Notes under the pieces: model-generated
Database searches by the model: none
What the model was told of the DNA's origin: nothing
What the model saw: only the letters and a program-made list of their open reading frames with translations
Program-made: the position numbers and the translations under genes
Source of the DNA: Thermoplasmata archaeon
GTDB lineage: Archaea > Thermoplasmatota > JASEFT01 > JBBABA01
Length of the DNA stretch: 64,000 bases
NCBI GenBank assembly: GCA_041657955.1
Contig: JBBABA010000001.1
Location: 106,419-170,418 of the forward strand
Reading direction: 5' to 3'
Part shown: one piece after another, positions 1 to 10,179 of the stretch
Layout of the letters: each line of letters starts with the position of its first letter
Position numbering within the stretch: position 1 is the first letter of the stretch

Positions 1-2718
1 AACAGTTAATGTTACGGGGTAAGTACCTTCTTTTGTGTATTTATGTATAACTATATCGCCGATATCTGTCACCCCGTCTCCGAAATCCCACACATATGAT
101 AATCGGTAATCTGGATTTCCAGAGCGCGACCGCGAAGCGTCAAACATTATGCTTTCCCCAGCCACTGCTGACGTTCTATTTAATCTAGCAACAACTGTCG
201 GCGGTCCGGTAGTTATAGTATTTTTTGTATCATTTTTTGTTATGGTGATTTTATAATCGCCCTCGTTCACAGTGAATTCAAGATTATCTCCACTCGCCGT
301 ATAATCTATCACGGCATTATCGTTTAGTCTTATCGCTTTTATCGTAAAGTTTTGAAAACCGCTCGTTGAAACATTGAACTGATAATTTGTTGGTAGGTAA
401 TTTCTAACTATAATCGTCTTGTTTGTGTTGTTCCCGAATTCTCGTAGTGAGCGGCCAGACGAGTATAATTGCCCGAGCTCTCCCGAAGTCAAATATATTA
501 CGTTTCCTCTTGCCTCTATGTAGGTTAATAACGCATCGAGTTTCTCTAAGTTTTGCGAAACGGTTTTTTCATCACTGACGCTATCGATATAATTCTCTAC
601 CGGTGTTGTTATTACAAGCGGGCTCCAGCCACTTAGGATGGAGTCAACAGAGCTCAGCAATCCTCCTGTAAGATCCGCTCTACCAATCGGGTTATAAACG
701 AGATTTCTTCTAATGTATCTCATTCCATAATCGTTTTTTTCGCCGCCAGAATCAGCAGTTGAAGAAATATACTGGATGCCGCTTTCATTCCATACGCTTT
801 CGGTTATATTGTTCCAAGTATAATTGACTGCTACTGTGTTGTTCGGATAGAAATTGAATAATCTATAGAACTCTTCGATGCCTGTCTGAATTATTTTGCT
901 TTGATCGTTGTACGATTTCGACGCTGGCGGTGTCGCATTGTAGTTCGAATATTCGCTGTATATGTTATAATCTGTAGAAGCGTTGATAATGTTGCTCAAG
1001 AAAGCGCTCGTCGCAATCGCGTCGTTATTCTTCAGTGCGGATAGCCACACGTCCTTATTAAAATGAGTAAAACCGTTGTATCCGGCATAAAACGTTCCAT
1101 TTTCGATGTGGGCTATGTAGTTGCTTATTATGGAGTTATCGATCGGGACAAAATAATAGTTGTTGTAGTTATCGTTTCGCACATTCTGGAAATCGGGTGT
1201 GTCGCCAGTAAATACGTATGCTGATATTGCTGGGGTAACGTTGAATTTATCATTATGTTTCTCTAGGACGCTTATAACTTTTGTTAAAGTTGTCTCCGTC
1301 TCTCCCCCACCCCCCCACCCATCGCTTTCTATAACAACGACATCTCTATTTTTGAAAACATTGCCATAGGAGACAACGATGCTCTCGCTATTTTCATTAT
1401 TATCTAGCAACCACTCATTTGTTCCGTTGATTACTGCACGTATGCTGTGTAATCCCTCCGAACTCATCCAATCGATAGTGGCTTTTCCTTCCCCGCCGGC
1501 GTTTATCGAATTAATTTTAGCACTTCCGATAAACGTAGAATCTGCATAAAAATCAACTTGTAAATCTGATGCTGGACTGTCACCAATGTTGGTGATTGTA
1601 GCGTTAACTGTAATGTTTTGTGTTGGTACGGGATTTATGTCAGAAAATGTTGGCGGTGAGAGGATTGCAAGGTCAGTAGTAGCGTCTTTGTTGATCGTTA
1701 TGTTTTGCTGGGATTTTGAGATGTTTATCTGGGGTTTTGCGTTGCCTACGATTATCGTATGCGGCGTAGAATAAGTTGTTGCCGTGAGATTCTGCTCAAA
1801 GAGCGTCAATGCTTGTGTTGGAATTGTACCATCGGAGAGTGTGGTGAGGTTTTGACTAACTATACTGCCTTCTCTGTTTTTGATTGTAATTGGAATGTTT
1901 AGCACGGATGCTCCATTGGAGTCTATTACTTTCCCAGATAGGTAATTTTTTACGACGATTCTCCCAGAGCCTTGGGATACGACTTGAGGCGGGTTTTTGT
2001 ATGTGGTGTTTATCGTTTCTATGACCCCCCCGTAAGTAGCGAAGTAACCATTTGGGAATGATGAGTTGGTTATTAGTGCATAGCCACCATAGGTATATGC
2101 CCCCATGTAGTTAAGGAACGTACAATTGTTAAAATAAAATGAGGTGCCGTCTATATTTACATATTGCACTGTCGAATTTTCCACTCTATGATTTGCACCG
2201 TTTCCATACACAAAATATAAACCGCCACCGATGTACGAATTGTATGCACAGAAATCCAAAGACCAAACAGCCGTTTTCGGGTAACTGTTGCCCATTGTAA
2301 ATCTTTCAAAATTTGATTTATTTACTACAACTTTTCCTCCGTTAGCATAGAAATAGTATCCATATTGCTGGTCGTTTGCAGTAACATTAGAGAAATTTAT
2401 AAACAACTCTCCACCTAGCACATTCAACCAATATCTGACGTCTGAAGTAGAATTAATTTTTAGGATACTGTTTGTAAGTACTAACGAACCACCACTTGTT
2501 ATGGTTAGATTGCCGTTAATTAAAACACTTGTATCATTTAAGTAAACCGTTTTATTAGAGATTTCCCAATCTCCTTCAGAGGGCGGCAGGTTTTCGTTTA
2601 TTGAACTTCTAGTAGAAAAAGTATAATTATCTTTTGTCATTCGAGATCCGGCTGATGGCGTGGAAGAAACGCAAGAGAATAGGAGAAGGATCACAGCTAA
2701 AAATGTTACTTCTTTCAT
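1..2718 (-). CDS. Large secreted/surface protein, 3'-truncated by the window edge: signal peptide, beta-rich N-terminal region, CARDB domain, deacetylase-like domain, PKD domain
   Basis: Absent from the ORF track because no stop lies in the window. Manual translation from ATG 2718 gives MKEVTFLAVILLLFSCVSS (signal peptide), DLAILSPPTFSDINP..ITVNATITNIGDSPA..NEWLLDNN (CARDB-like), VVVIESDGWG (deacetylase-like), and FDASRS..YVWDFGDG..HKYTKEGTYPVTLTV (PKD), in frame at position 1. Confidence 0.85.
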   Translation of the reverse strand, partial: MKEVTFLAVILLLFSCVSSTPSAGSRMTKDNYTFSTRSSINENLPPSEGDWEISNKTVYLNDTSVLINGNLTITSGGSLVLTNSILKINSTSDVRYWLNVLGGELFINFSNVTANDQQYGYYFYANGGKVVVNKSNFERFTMGNSYPKTAVWSLDFCAYNSYIGGGLYFVYGNGANHRVENSTVQYVNIDGTSFYFNNCTFLNYMGAYTYGGYALITNSSFPNGYFATYGGVIETINTTYKNPPQVVSQGSGRIVVKNYLSGKVIDSNGASVLNIPITIKNREGSIVSQNLTTLSDGTIPTQALTLFEQNLTATTYSTPHTIIVGNAKPQINISKSQQNITINKDATTDLAILSPPTFSDINPVPTQNITVNATITNIGDSPASDLQVDFYADSTFIGSAKINSINAGGEGKATIDWMSSEGLHSIRAVINGTNEWLLDNNENSESIVVSYGNVFKNRDVVVIESDGWGGGGETETTLTKVISVLEKHNDKFNVTPAISAYVFTGDTPDFQNVRNDNYNNYYFVPIDNSIISNYIAHIENGTFYAGYNGFTHFNKDVWLSALKNNDAIATSAFLSNIINASTDYNIYSEYSNYNATPPASKSYNDQSKIIQTGIEEFYRLFNFYPNNTVAVNYTWNNITESVWNESGIQYISSTADSGGEKNDYGMRYIRRNLVYNPIGRADLTGGLLSSVDSILSGWSPLVITTPVENYIDSVSDEKTVSQNLEKLDALLTYIEARGNVIYLTSGELGQLYSSGRSLREFGNNTNKTIIVRNYLPTNYQFNVSTSGFQNFTIKAIRLNDNAVIDYTASGDNLEFTVNEGDYKITITKNDTKNTITTGPPTVVARLNRTSAVAGESIMFDASRSRSGNPDYRLSYVWDFGDGVTDIGDIVIHKYTKEGTYPVTLTV

Positions 2719-3057
2719 AGTGTTACCTACAAATTATACCAATGTCTTAGTTTTTACAATTTTCACAACTTTGATAATCGCGAGAGCGTTTAATGGTTAT
2801 AGATTGTCAAATAATACCATCGAAAACATAATCCACAATCAGCTTAAACATTTTTCGCTGGTGTTTGTGCTTGCCATCAATTTAAAAACAAACGCGACAT
2901 CAAAACATCGTGCACCTATTCTGACTTAGAACAACAAACCCAGCAGAGATTAGATACCCAATAACATAATGGAACACGCTTTTAGATCACATAACAAAAT
3001 ATTCAACACCATCAGTTAGGGCGACTTAAGGAAAATTATACGCAGTTTCCAATGTCT

Positions 3058-3627
3058 TCACTCCAATTCTTTTGGGTACATCCCTAGCTCCTTAGTCGAT
3101 TTGTTTGAGAGTATTTTAGCAGGTATCCCTCCAATTGTTATATTGTCTGGAAAGCTCTTGTTAACTACACTATTTGCTCCTATAGCCACGTTATTTCCAA
3201 TCTTAATATCACCAAATAACTTAGCACCGGGGCCGATATAAACATTATCACCCAAAACTGGAGCTCCATGATATTCTCCTAAAACGGTACAGGGATGTAT
3301 TCTACAATTTCTGCCGACTTTACACTTAGGACTTACTACTATGGTCCCATAATGCACTATACACAACCCTGGCCCGAAAACATTTATTGGAATTTGAAAA
3401 CTAAGTTTTAACGCAAGCCTTCTATTCAAAAGTTTTAATAAAAGGTAATATGGCTTTAATAAAACATTCCCACGACGACAGTTGGTTAAGTATTCAATTT
3501 TTCTAAGACGTCGTTGAAATCTTAAAACGTCGTTTTTTAAATAATCCATTATTGTATATTTCTTTAAATTATGATATCTTAGATCCTCTGATAGATAGAA
3601 TAAATATTCTTGTTTAGAGTTAATCAT
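3058..3627 (-). CDS. Serine acetyltransferase-like hexapeptide-repeat O-acetyltransferase (probably glycan modifying)
   Basis: Left-handed beta-helix repeats FGPGLCIVHYGTIVV..APVLGDNVYIGPGAKLFGDIKIGNNVAIGANSVV..GGIPAK. Confidence 0.85.
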   Translation of the reverse strand: MINSKQEYLFYLSEDLRYHNLKKYTIMDYLKNDVLRFQRRLRKIEYLTNCRRGNVLLKPYYLLLKLLNRRLALKLSFQIPINVFGPGLCIVHYGTIVVSPKCKVGRNCRIHPCTVLGEYHGAPVLGDNVYIGPGAKLFGDIKIGNNVAIGANSVVNKSFPDNITIGGIPAKILSNKSTKELGMYPKELE

Positions 3628-3688
3628 TTTCTACACCGCTTCGATTTTAATTTACCTCTAAATTGGTATAAAAACTTTGCCCATCTAT

Positions 3689-4782
3689 TGCTCTGTTTAA
3701 CGAATAAGTCCCAGCACGAATAGCACTTTGTCTACTTCAAACACCTGCGAATTTAACACATAACTGCAGGTGCCTTAGCCCCATATTCATTAAGCACATC
3801 GTACGCCCAAAACCTCTAGACCGCTTCTGCCCGAAGCGTTTTTTCGGATTTTGAAGTGGTGTTCTCACTAAACATGCGCTTTACCGCCGAGAATATGCCC
3901 TCCACGGCCCACCTTTTACCGTATCGTTTCCTGTACGCCCACAGCTTGTAGCCACATTCCTGAAATTTTCGTATTTCGTCTCTCCGCCGCCTACTACCCC
4001 TGCAATGGTCTGTACTGGCATTGCTTCTTAGTTTGATTGCGCTGCCGATTTTTTCTTTGTCGAGGTATGTGAACAGTTCGTTGGAGTCCATCGCACCGTC
4101 GCCGTACAGCTTTTTGACTTTCTTGCCGTCTTTCTTCAATTTCTTCAGGTGCTTTTTTGCTATCTTCGGCTCGGATTTGCCTTTTTTCTGGATGTACGCT
4201 TCTACCTTGAGCAGCTTTTTCTTCCTCACGTCTGCGGTTATCACTATGACGAGATATTTCCTCTTGCTCTTCTGCTTGTATTTGAACATCCGGTACTCTC
4301 CCGCGCTGCCGCTCTTGAGGCCGGATCCGTCCGTGGCGACCTCAAGTTCCTCTTCCGTTGGCAATGCTATTTCTGGGATCATGTTGTGCACCCTGTTCCA
4401 TGTGGTGGAATAATCCGCATACTCCGGGACGAATCCGTATCTCGCCAGTGAGCGAGATATACCCTCAAGGCCGCGATAGTCCACCCACTGCTTCCATACC
4501 GCCTGCCACCTTATATACGATTCGGGGAACTTGTACTGGCCTCCTCTTTTCCCCTCGTTCATCTGATTGAGTTCGGGGTACCACCCTTTGACAAAATCAA
4601 GGTCCAAATAGAATTCCCCTCTTACAACAAGCTGCTCGTTGTATGTAGGCCAATCTCTCTCGTCAACGAACTTACGTCCCCAGCGTTTCGATTTGCTGCT
4701 CTTTGGCATATGCATCCCATCCGTTATGGGATATGCGAAACGCCGATGAATAAGTTTTCGGGAGGATTCATTAAACACAGCA
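3689..4782 (-). mobile_element. IS5-family insertion sequence (ISH1-group-like), 1094 bp
   Basis: TIRs TGCTCTGTTTAACGAAT (3689-3705) and ATTCATTAAACACAGCA (4766-4782) match at 15/17. 8-bp direct repeat CCATCTAT at 3681-3688 and 4783-4790. DDE transposase inside. Confidence 0.92.
3753..4715 (-). pseudogene. IS5-family DDE transposase with an in-frame TAG at 3816-3818, 21 codons before the likely natural stop
   Basis: Motifs DWPTYNEQLVVRGE, ATDGSG, LYGDGAMD, YGKRWAVEGIFSAVKRMF. The frame continues past TAG as RFWAYDVLNEYGAKAPAVMC-TAA (3753). Likely start is ATG 4715 or 4709; the track start lies in the TIR. Confidence 0.8.
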
Positions 4783-4865
4783 CCATCTATGGGCTTTGTC
4801 TCAGAATTCGTCTTTTTCCACAGATAACCTTACTGTTCTATGAATCAACTTTTAAGAATACAAAA

Positions 4866-5843
4866 TCAATAGAGAAATACAACACATAGTATTACCGATA
4901 TTCCAATAAAGGCTTCAATTAACCAAAGTATTCCGACTACTTTCCACTCTTTCAGGGGTCTGAAATGCATTATAATATGAGTCATAGATTCAATCCTATC
5001 GCCTCGAGGATAATACAACCATCCATTTAGTGCAACATATCCATAGTTTCTTCCACGAAACCTACCTCTAGCTTTGAGAAAAAACTCAACAATCATCGGA
5101 GCAAACAGTATTATACCCCAAGAAGCAAGTCCACCTATGATGGCTGCAGTCACTATTATTCCTCCAATAGAAAGCGTGAATACATCTCCAGGAAATACTT
5201 TTGCGGGATAACGATTATAGAGCAGGAACGCCCCAAGCGCCCCAACTAATGGAAAGAGAATCCACAGAGATTCGTACTTACCTTCTAAGTACGCTATCAA
5301 TAATAATACTGTGGATGCAATTAATGTCAAACCGGTGCATAAGCCATTAAGTCCATCTAGCATATTAGTAGCGTTTGCACCGCATGTTACTCCAAAAGCT
5401 ATAAGAAATGGAACCAACCACACCGAGGAAATGACAATTCCAAAAGGAGAGAAATCCAATGTCATGCCTCTCAAAAAGAAACCGGTTGGAAGCGCGAAGA
5501 AAAATGGCAATATCGCTTTAATACTCTGTCGTAAATCTAGAAGGTCATCTAATACACCAGTGAATGCACAACCCATGAGCGTGAAGAGTACTGCCATCAT
5601 TGTAGTAGCGTCTACAGGATCACTCACTGTTCTTAGAAAAAGAAACGCTCCGACGAAGAAGCCGATGAGCACCGCCACACCACCCATCTCTGGAATTTCC
5701 GGCCTGTGGCGTTTGTTCATATCTCTTCCTATTATTTTATGTGACTTCATATACCGCATCACAAATGGGGTTAAAACTAGTGTTACGATGAATGAAATCA
5801 GTAGAGAGAATATGTATGTCATATCGTTCATATTAAACCCCAC
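4866..5843 (-). CDS. UDP-GlcNAc:polyprenyl/dolichyl-phosphate GlcNAc-1-phosphate transferase (MraY/Alg7/AglH family)
   Basis: Multi-pass membrane protein with GRDMNK..IPEMGG, GVLDD, NATNMLDGLNGL and YNRYPAKVFPGD motifs. Confidence 0.9.
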   Translation of the reverse strand: MGFNMNDMTYIFSLLISFIVTLVLTPFVMRYMKSHKIIGRDMNKRHRPEIPEMGGVAVLIGFFVGAFLFLRTVSDPVDATTMMAVLFTLMGCAFTGVLDDLLDLRQSIKAILPFFFALPTGFFLRGMTLDFSPFGIVISSVWLVPFLIAFGVTCGANATNMLDGLNGLCTGLTLIASTVLLLIAYLEGKYESLWILFPLVGALGAFLLYNRYPAKVFPGDVFTLSIGGIIVTAAIIGGLASWGIILFAPMIVEFFLKARGRFRGRNYGYVALNGWLYYPRGDRIESMTHIIMHFRPLKEWKVVGILWLIEAFIGISVILCVVFLY

Positions 5844-6140
5844 TCAAATTGTTAGGAGGATGTATCTTAGGTAACCATTATTAAACTATAGTTCTATAAG
5901 AGTTTTTCTCCCTAGCGTGTATAAACCCCCATTAGGGATAATAGATATCCACTTATAGATTGCATACGTAAAACCGGTATGAAATAATTCTTTGTCCGAT
6001 TTTTGAGGGAATAATTTGGGTATGTTTATGGCAAAACTTTTTATATACACACCAGATGTGTCGATTTGGGTTAAATGAAATTGTAATGCACTTTTCGTAA
6101 CAGATAATGTGTCGTTAACCAATGAAAGAATAACTATATT

Positions 6141-6150
6141 GGGGGGGGGG
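6141..6150 (+). repeat. G10 homopolymer at the ribosome-binding position of the 6159 gene
   Basis: TATT-GGGGGGGGGG-CATGTAGA-ATG. Confidence 0.8.
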
Positions 6151-6158
6151 CATGTAGA

Positions 6159-7022
6159 ATGCGTATCAAAGATACGAAAGTATGTATAATCGGTCTTGGT
6201 GTGGTTGGCTTATCTACGGCGGTATATGTAAAAGAGAAAGGATTAGAGGTAATTGGTTATGATATTGACGTGAAAGCGATTGAAAAATCTCGAAAGAATG
6301 GCATAACCGCATACAAAAAATGGGAAGATGTGGGTGAATGCGATATTTATATAATTTGTGTAACAACAAGTTTAAACAAAAACAAACCGAATTTATCGTC
6401 TGTATATAATGTAATTTCGAAAATAAATAAAACGTCGATGGATAATACACTCATATCGATCGAAAGCACAGTCCCTATGGGCGCATGTAGAGCGTTGTTT
6501 AGGAACACATTAAAGAACAGAGGCATGCTGATACACGTTCCTCACAGATATTGGTCTGGTGACACTATAAACCACGGTGTAAAACAGCACCGAGTAATAG
6601 GTGCAATAAACGACAGAAGCATGAATGCAGGGCAATCGTTTTATTCAGGAATCCTAGAGATTCCACTCTATAAAACATCGACAATTGAAACAGCAGAGAT
6701 GTGTAAAATTACTGAAAACACCGATAGATTCCTAAAAATAGCTTTTGCTGAAGAATTAAAAATGATGTGTGATAACGCAGGAGTGGACTTTGAAGATCTT
6801 AGGAACGCTTGCAACACTAAATGGAATATGGAAATACTGGAGCCGAGAGAGGGAATTGGTGGAACCTGTCTGCCAAAATATATAGTATATCTCTCCCTCT
6901 TGGGTAAAAATGGTATATCTCAAGCAGCTATTAAAGCTGATAAAAGGTATAAATCCTGGTTGAGTGATAGAAATCTCTCCAAACATAAAAAAAACTCTCC
7001 TTATGTATCATCTAAAACATAA
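6159..7022 (+). CDS. Short UDP-sugar (ManNAc/GlcNAc-type) 6-dehydrogenase family protein lacking the C-terminal domain
   Basis: GLGVVG Rossmann motif, ICVTT, IESTV, AEMCKITEN, GIGGTCLPK; only 287 aa. Confidence 0.8.
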   Translation: MRIKDTKVCIIGLGVVGLSTAVYVKEKGLEVIGYDIDVKAIEKSRKNGITAYKKWEDVGECDIYIICVTTSLNKNKPNLSSVYNVISKINKTSMDNTLISIESTVPMGACRALFRNTLKNRGMLIHVPHRYWSGDTINHGVKQHRVIGAINDRSMNAGQSFYSGILEIPLYKTSTIETAEMCKITENTDRFLKIAFAEELKMMCDNAGVDFEDLRNACNTKWNMEILEPREGIGGTCLPKYIVYLSLLGKNGISQAAIKADKRYKSWLSDRNLSKHKKNSPYVSSKT

Positions 7023-7158
7023 GGCAAAAAATTATCCTATCAATTGTAAGTTTTATGCAACTTCACATTGAAGTTGACATTAAATGACTGAAAGACACAA
7101 TAATAAAGGTCGAGACACCAACAAGGTTTATTATGCCGGATATAATTAGTGAAATACA

Positions 7159-8226
7159 ATGAAGGTACTGTTCGACATAGGCCACCCTGCACAGGTCCAT
7201 ATTTTCAAAAACGTAATTCGGGGCTTAAACGAGAGAGGACACGAAACAAAAGTTATTGTCCGGGAAAGAGATTGTGCAACCCACCTATTAAATAAATATG
7301 ATATTGGATATGAAACGATCATAGAAGAACACTACCACGGGCTCTTAAGAAAAGCATTGGGTACACCACACTTAGTTTACAAGTCCTACGACATCTTAAA
7401 AAAATTCGATCCAGACGTATTAATTTCCGAAGGGCCTCTGTACAGCCATATCGCATGTAAACTTCTGGGAAAACATTCAATTTCATTCCTCATTAATGAG
7501 AGCGAATATGGAGCGTATTTAGACAACATCTTTTCCCCTTTCGTAGACTTGGTATGTACATCGACCTCGTTCGAGGGGCGGATAGATCCTAGGAAAAACA
7601 CACAATATAACGGCTACCTTCATTTGACATATTTGCATCCTGATTATTTCAAACCAGACGATACTGTTCTCAGAGAACTAGAAATTGACAAAAATGAAAA
7701 ATTTTTCATTCTGAGATTTAAAAAGTACGATGCAACTCATGATATTGGTCAGCATGGTTTTTCATTCGATAAATTTAGATTTATAAAAAAGTTGGAGCAT
7801 TATGGAAAGGTCTTTGTTAGCTCTCATGGAGGATTATCTAGAGATCTCAAAAAATATGAGCTTCGCCTGCCACCAGAGAAACTTCAAGATGCTATTTATT
7901 TTGCTAACACATATATTGGCGATGGCTTTTCAACAGCCACAGAATCTGCAATATTAGGCACACCTGCAATACTCGTTTCGACGATAAAGAGGGGTTATAT
8001 TAATGAGCTCAGGGATAAATATGGGTTGGTATACACATGTAAAGACGACGAGGAGGCGCTGAGAATATTTTCACAGCTCCAAGAAGACAAGCGTCTAAAA
8101 GAGAAATGGAGAATGAAAAAAGAAAAAATGTTAAGTGAAAAAATAGATGTAACCGCGTTTATAATCGACCTTATAGAGAATTACCCACAAAGTGTCGAAA
8201 AAATAAAAAGTGCGAGAGGGGGGTAA
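7159..8226 (+). CDS. DUF354-family GT-B fold protein
   Basis: MKVLFDIGHPAQVHIFK, YLHPDYFKPD, ATHDIGQHG, YIGDGFSTATESAILGTPAI. Confidence 0.85.
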   Translation: MKVLFDIGHPAQVHIFKNVIRGLNERGHETKVIVRERDCATHLLNKYDIGYETIIEEHYHGLLRKALGTPHLVYKSYDILKKFDPDVLISEGPLYSHIACKLLGKHSISFLINESEYGAYLDNIFSPFVDLVCTSTSFEGRIDPRKNTQYNGYLHLTYLHPDYFKPDDTVLRELEIDKNEKFFILRFKKYDATHDIGQHGFSFDKFRFIKKLEHYGKVFVSSHGGLSRDLKKYELRLPPEKLQDAIYFANTYIGDGFSTATESAILGTPAILVSTIKRGYINELRDKYGLVYTCKDDEEALRIFSQLQEDKRLKEKWRMKKEKMLSEKIDVTAFIIDLIENYPQSVEKIKSARGG

Positions 8227-8229
8227 TAT

Positions 8230-10026
8230 ATGAAACTCACAAAGCGAACTTGTTATGTGCTAATTATGTTTTTGATAATGCTCAACATAGTATTTCGATA
8301 TCCCACGACACCACACGAAATAGGTGCGGACTCATTTTTCATTCACAGTCTCGCAAATTCCATAACCAACAATGGAGACGCGAAATGGATACTGCATCCA
8401 TTATCGTTTTTCGGTTTATATCCGGTTTCTTATGCAAGTGCTGTTCCATTCATATTATCAGGAATGTCCCAGGTGCTCGGAGTAGAAACTGAGATATCGA
8501 TATTGATATTTTCAACGGTTTTAGGCACATTGAACTTTCTTGGGGCATACCTTCTTATGGGTGAGATAATCAACGATGACAGATTCAAGATAGTGGTAGC
8601 GTTTGTCTATTCGTTGTCCCCACTTATCCTAAAGTTTACAATATGGACTGCATCAACAAGAGGGCTTTTTATTGCTTTATTGCCGTTGTTTCTTTGGTGC
8701 ATATTAAAACTTGTAAACAAACATCATATATGGAAATACATGGGATTATCTATTTTTTTGCTGTTATTATTGACCGCTACTCACCGAATGGTGTGGTTTG
8801 TTGTGGTACCAATAATCTTCTATATTGCCGCTACCTTTATTCATAACACAGGTACAAGTAAATCTTCTTTTGGTATGTATGCATCCAAAATTTTACTTAT
8901 TCCGGTGATGATAGCTATTTTCGCGGTATTCTTCATAGCTACATATCACTTCATTTTACCGGCCGATTCAACCTTTCAGAGCATAATATCAACATTGATA
9001 GAGAACAAATATTCGGTGTTTCTCTTCTTAGTCTCTACCGGAGTTTTAATGATTTTTTTTCAATTATATGTAAAAACCCATACAATAACTATGATGACGG
9101 GAGTCGGTCTTGTAGCTTTGTTTGCAACTCTAATTTCAATGCAACTCACAGATTTAGCGGTGTTAAGAGATTTTTCGGGTGTACTCGCGTTAGATGTCCC
9201 TTTCGTTGAAGAATCCGAAGCAATTTATTATCCACAATTATTCTTCCTGACTAGTGTAATTATACTGGGGGCAAGGTATGGCATAATGATATTTTTTATG
9301 GCTATAGGTATTATTCTTCTCTCTTTTAAACAAAAAAAAATTGGTAACAATGTAATGATCCTAACATCGTTATTTTTTATAAATACAATACTATTCGTCG
9401 AATATTCCCATGATTTCTTAGCAATATTCTTGTTTATAGTGGCTGGTTATGGCGTATTCTGGTATATCGAAAATTGGAGGAGTGTTAAACGATACGCCTT
9501 CTCTATGCTTGCCATAATTTTATTACTTTCTCTTGTATTTTCTGCATATACTTTAGGTTATAGATATAGTAACATGTTCCCTACAACGGGCGATCATAAT
9601 TATATGGTAGACCCCACTTATCAAACCGGGATATTTCTAAGAACATATGCTAATGGAACATTCTATGGAAATGATTTTGAAGCATTACGAGTAGCAGCAT
9701 CTTCCGGCTTAGTGTATCTAGGCACTATTCAATACGAATTCGTCGATAAGGAAAAGATGACAATCATACCTAAGGATTTTTCGATAGCGGGTCTTCCCAA
9801 TTACATGAAAAATCCTTTTATAATAGTTAAATCAAATATTACTTCGATCGATACTAGATATGACTGCGATAGTGAAATTGCAAGAAATTTCACATCGTAT
9901 TACAGCATAGAATACCTTGTAAGTAATATAGTTGTGATGACTGACAAGTCGGTATTTGCCAATTCCGTTTATGGGAAGAGATATGAAATGTTTGCGAATG
10001 AGAGGGATATTATATTTTATCTCTGA
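8230..10026 (+). CDS. Polytopic membrane protein, possible GT-C fold glycosyltransferase/polymerase
   Basis: Many hydrophobic helices; loop after the first helix has PHEIGADSFFIH and FGLYPVSY; soluble C-terminal domain. Confidence 0.6.
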   Translation: MKLTKRTCYVLIMFLIMLNIVFRYPTTPHEIGADSFFIHSLANSITNNGDAKWILHPLSFFGLYPVSYASAVPFILSGMSQVLGVETEISILIFSTVLGTLNFLGAYLLMGEIINDDRFKIVVAFVYSLSPLILKFTIWTASTRGLFIALLPLFLWCILKLVNKHHIWKYMGLSIFLLLLLTATHRMVWFVVVPIIFYIAATFIHNTGTSKSSFGMYASKILLIPVMIAIFAVFFIATYHFILPADSTFQSIISTLIENKYSVFLFLVSTGVLMIFFQLYVKTHTITMMTGVGLVALFATLISMQLTDLAVLRDFSGVLALDVPFVEESEAIYYPQLFFLTSVIILGARYGIMIFFMAIGIILLSFKQKKIGNNVMILTSLFFINTILFVEYSHDFLAIFLFIVAGYGVFWYIENWRSVKRYAFSMLAIILLLSLVFSAYTLGYRYSNMFPTTGDHNYMVDPTYQTGIFLRTYANGTFYGNDFEALRVAASSGLVYLGTIQYEFVDKEKMTIIPKDFSIAGLPNYMKNPFIIVKSNITSIDTRYDCDSEIARNFTSYYSIEYLVSNIVVMTDKSVFANSVYGKRYEMFANERDIIFYL

Positions 10027-10179
10027 TGGGAATCTAATGAGGGCTATAGTATTGATAACAAGAGGATTTAAAGTGAATTTGAGATATGTAGGTGCGTCAA
10101 AACATATTGGGCGTGCGAAAATACAAACAGAATCAAAAGTCTACGTCGACAAACACGATATGATGTTTGGTGGTGAATT

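Noticed and set aside
1586..2929. Short plus-strand ORFs 1586-1774 and 2660-2929
   Set aside because: They are antisense shadows of the long minus-strand surface-protein gene.
3816..3818. Genome-wide TAG recoding
   Set aside because: TAG terminates several apparently full-length genes in the window (e.g. at 24100, 39262, 48075, 55911, 62559).
7058..7076. Isolated intergenic palindromes (CAACTTCA-cat-TGAAGTTG; also ATATCTAG-ttt-CTAGATAT at 11527-11545)
   Set aside because: Single 8-bp stems could be terminators or operators but may arise by chance; no function can be assigned.
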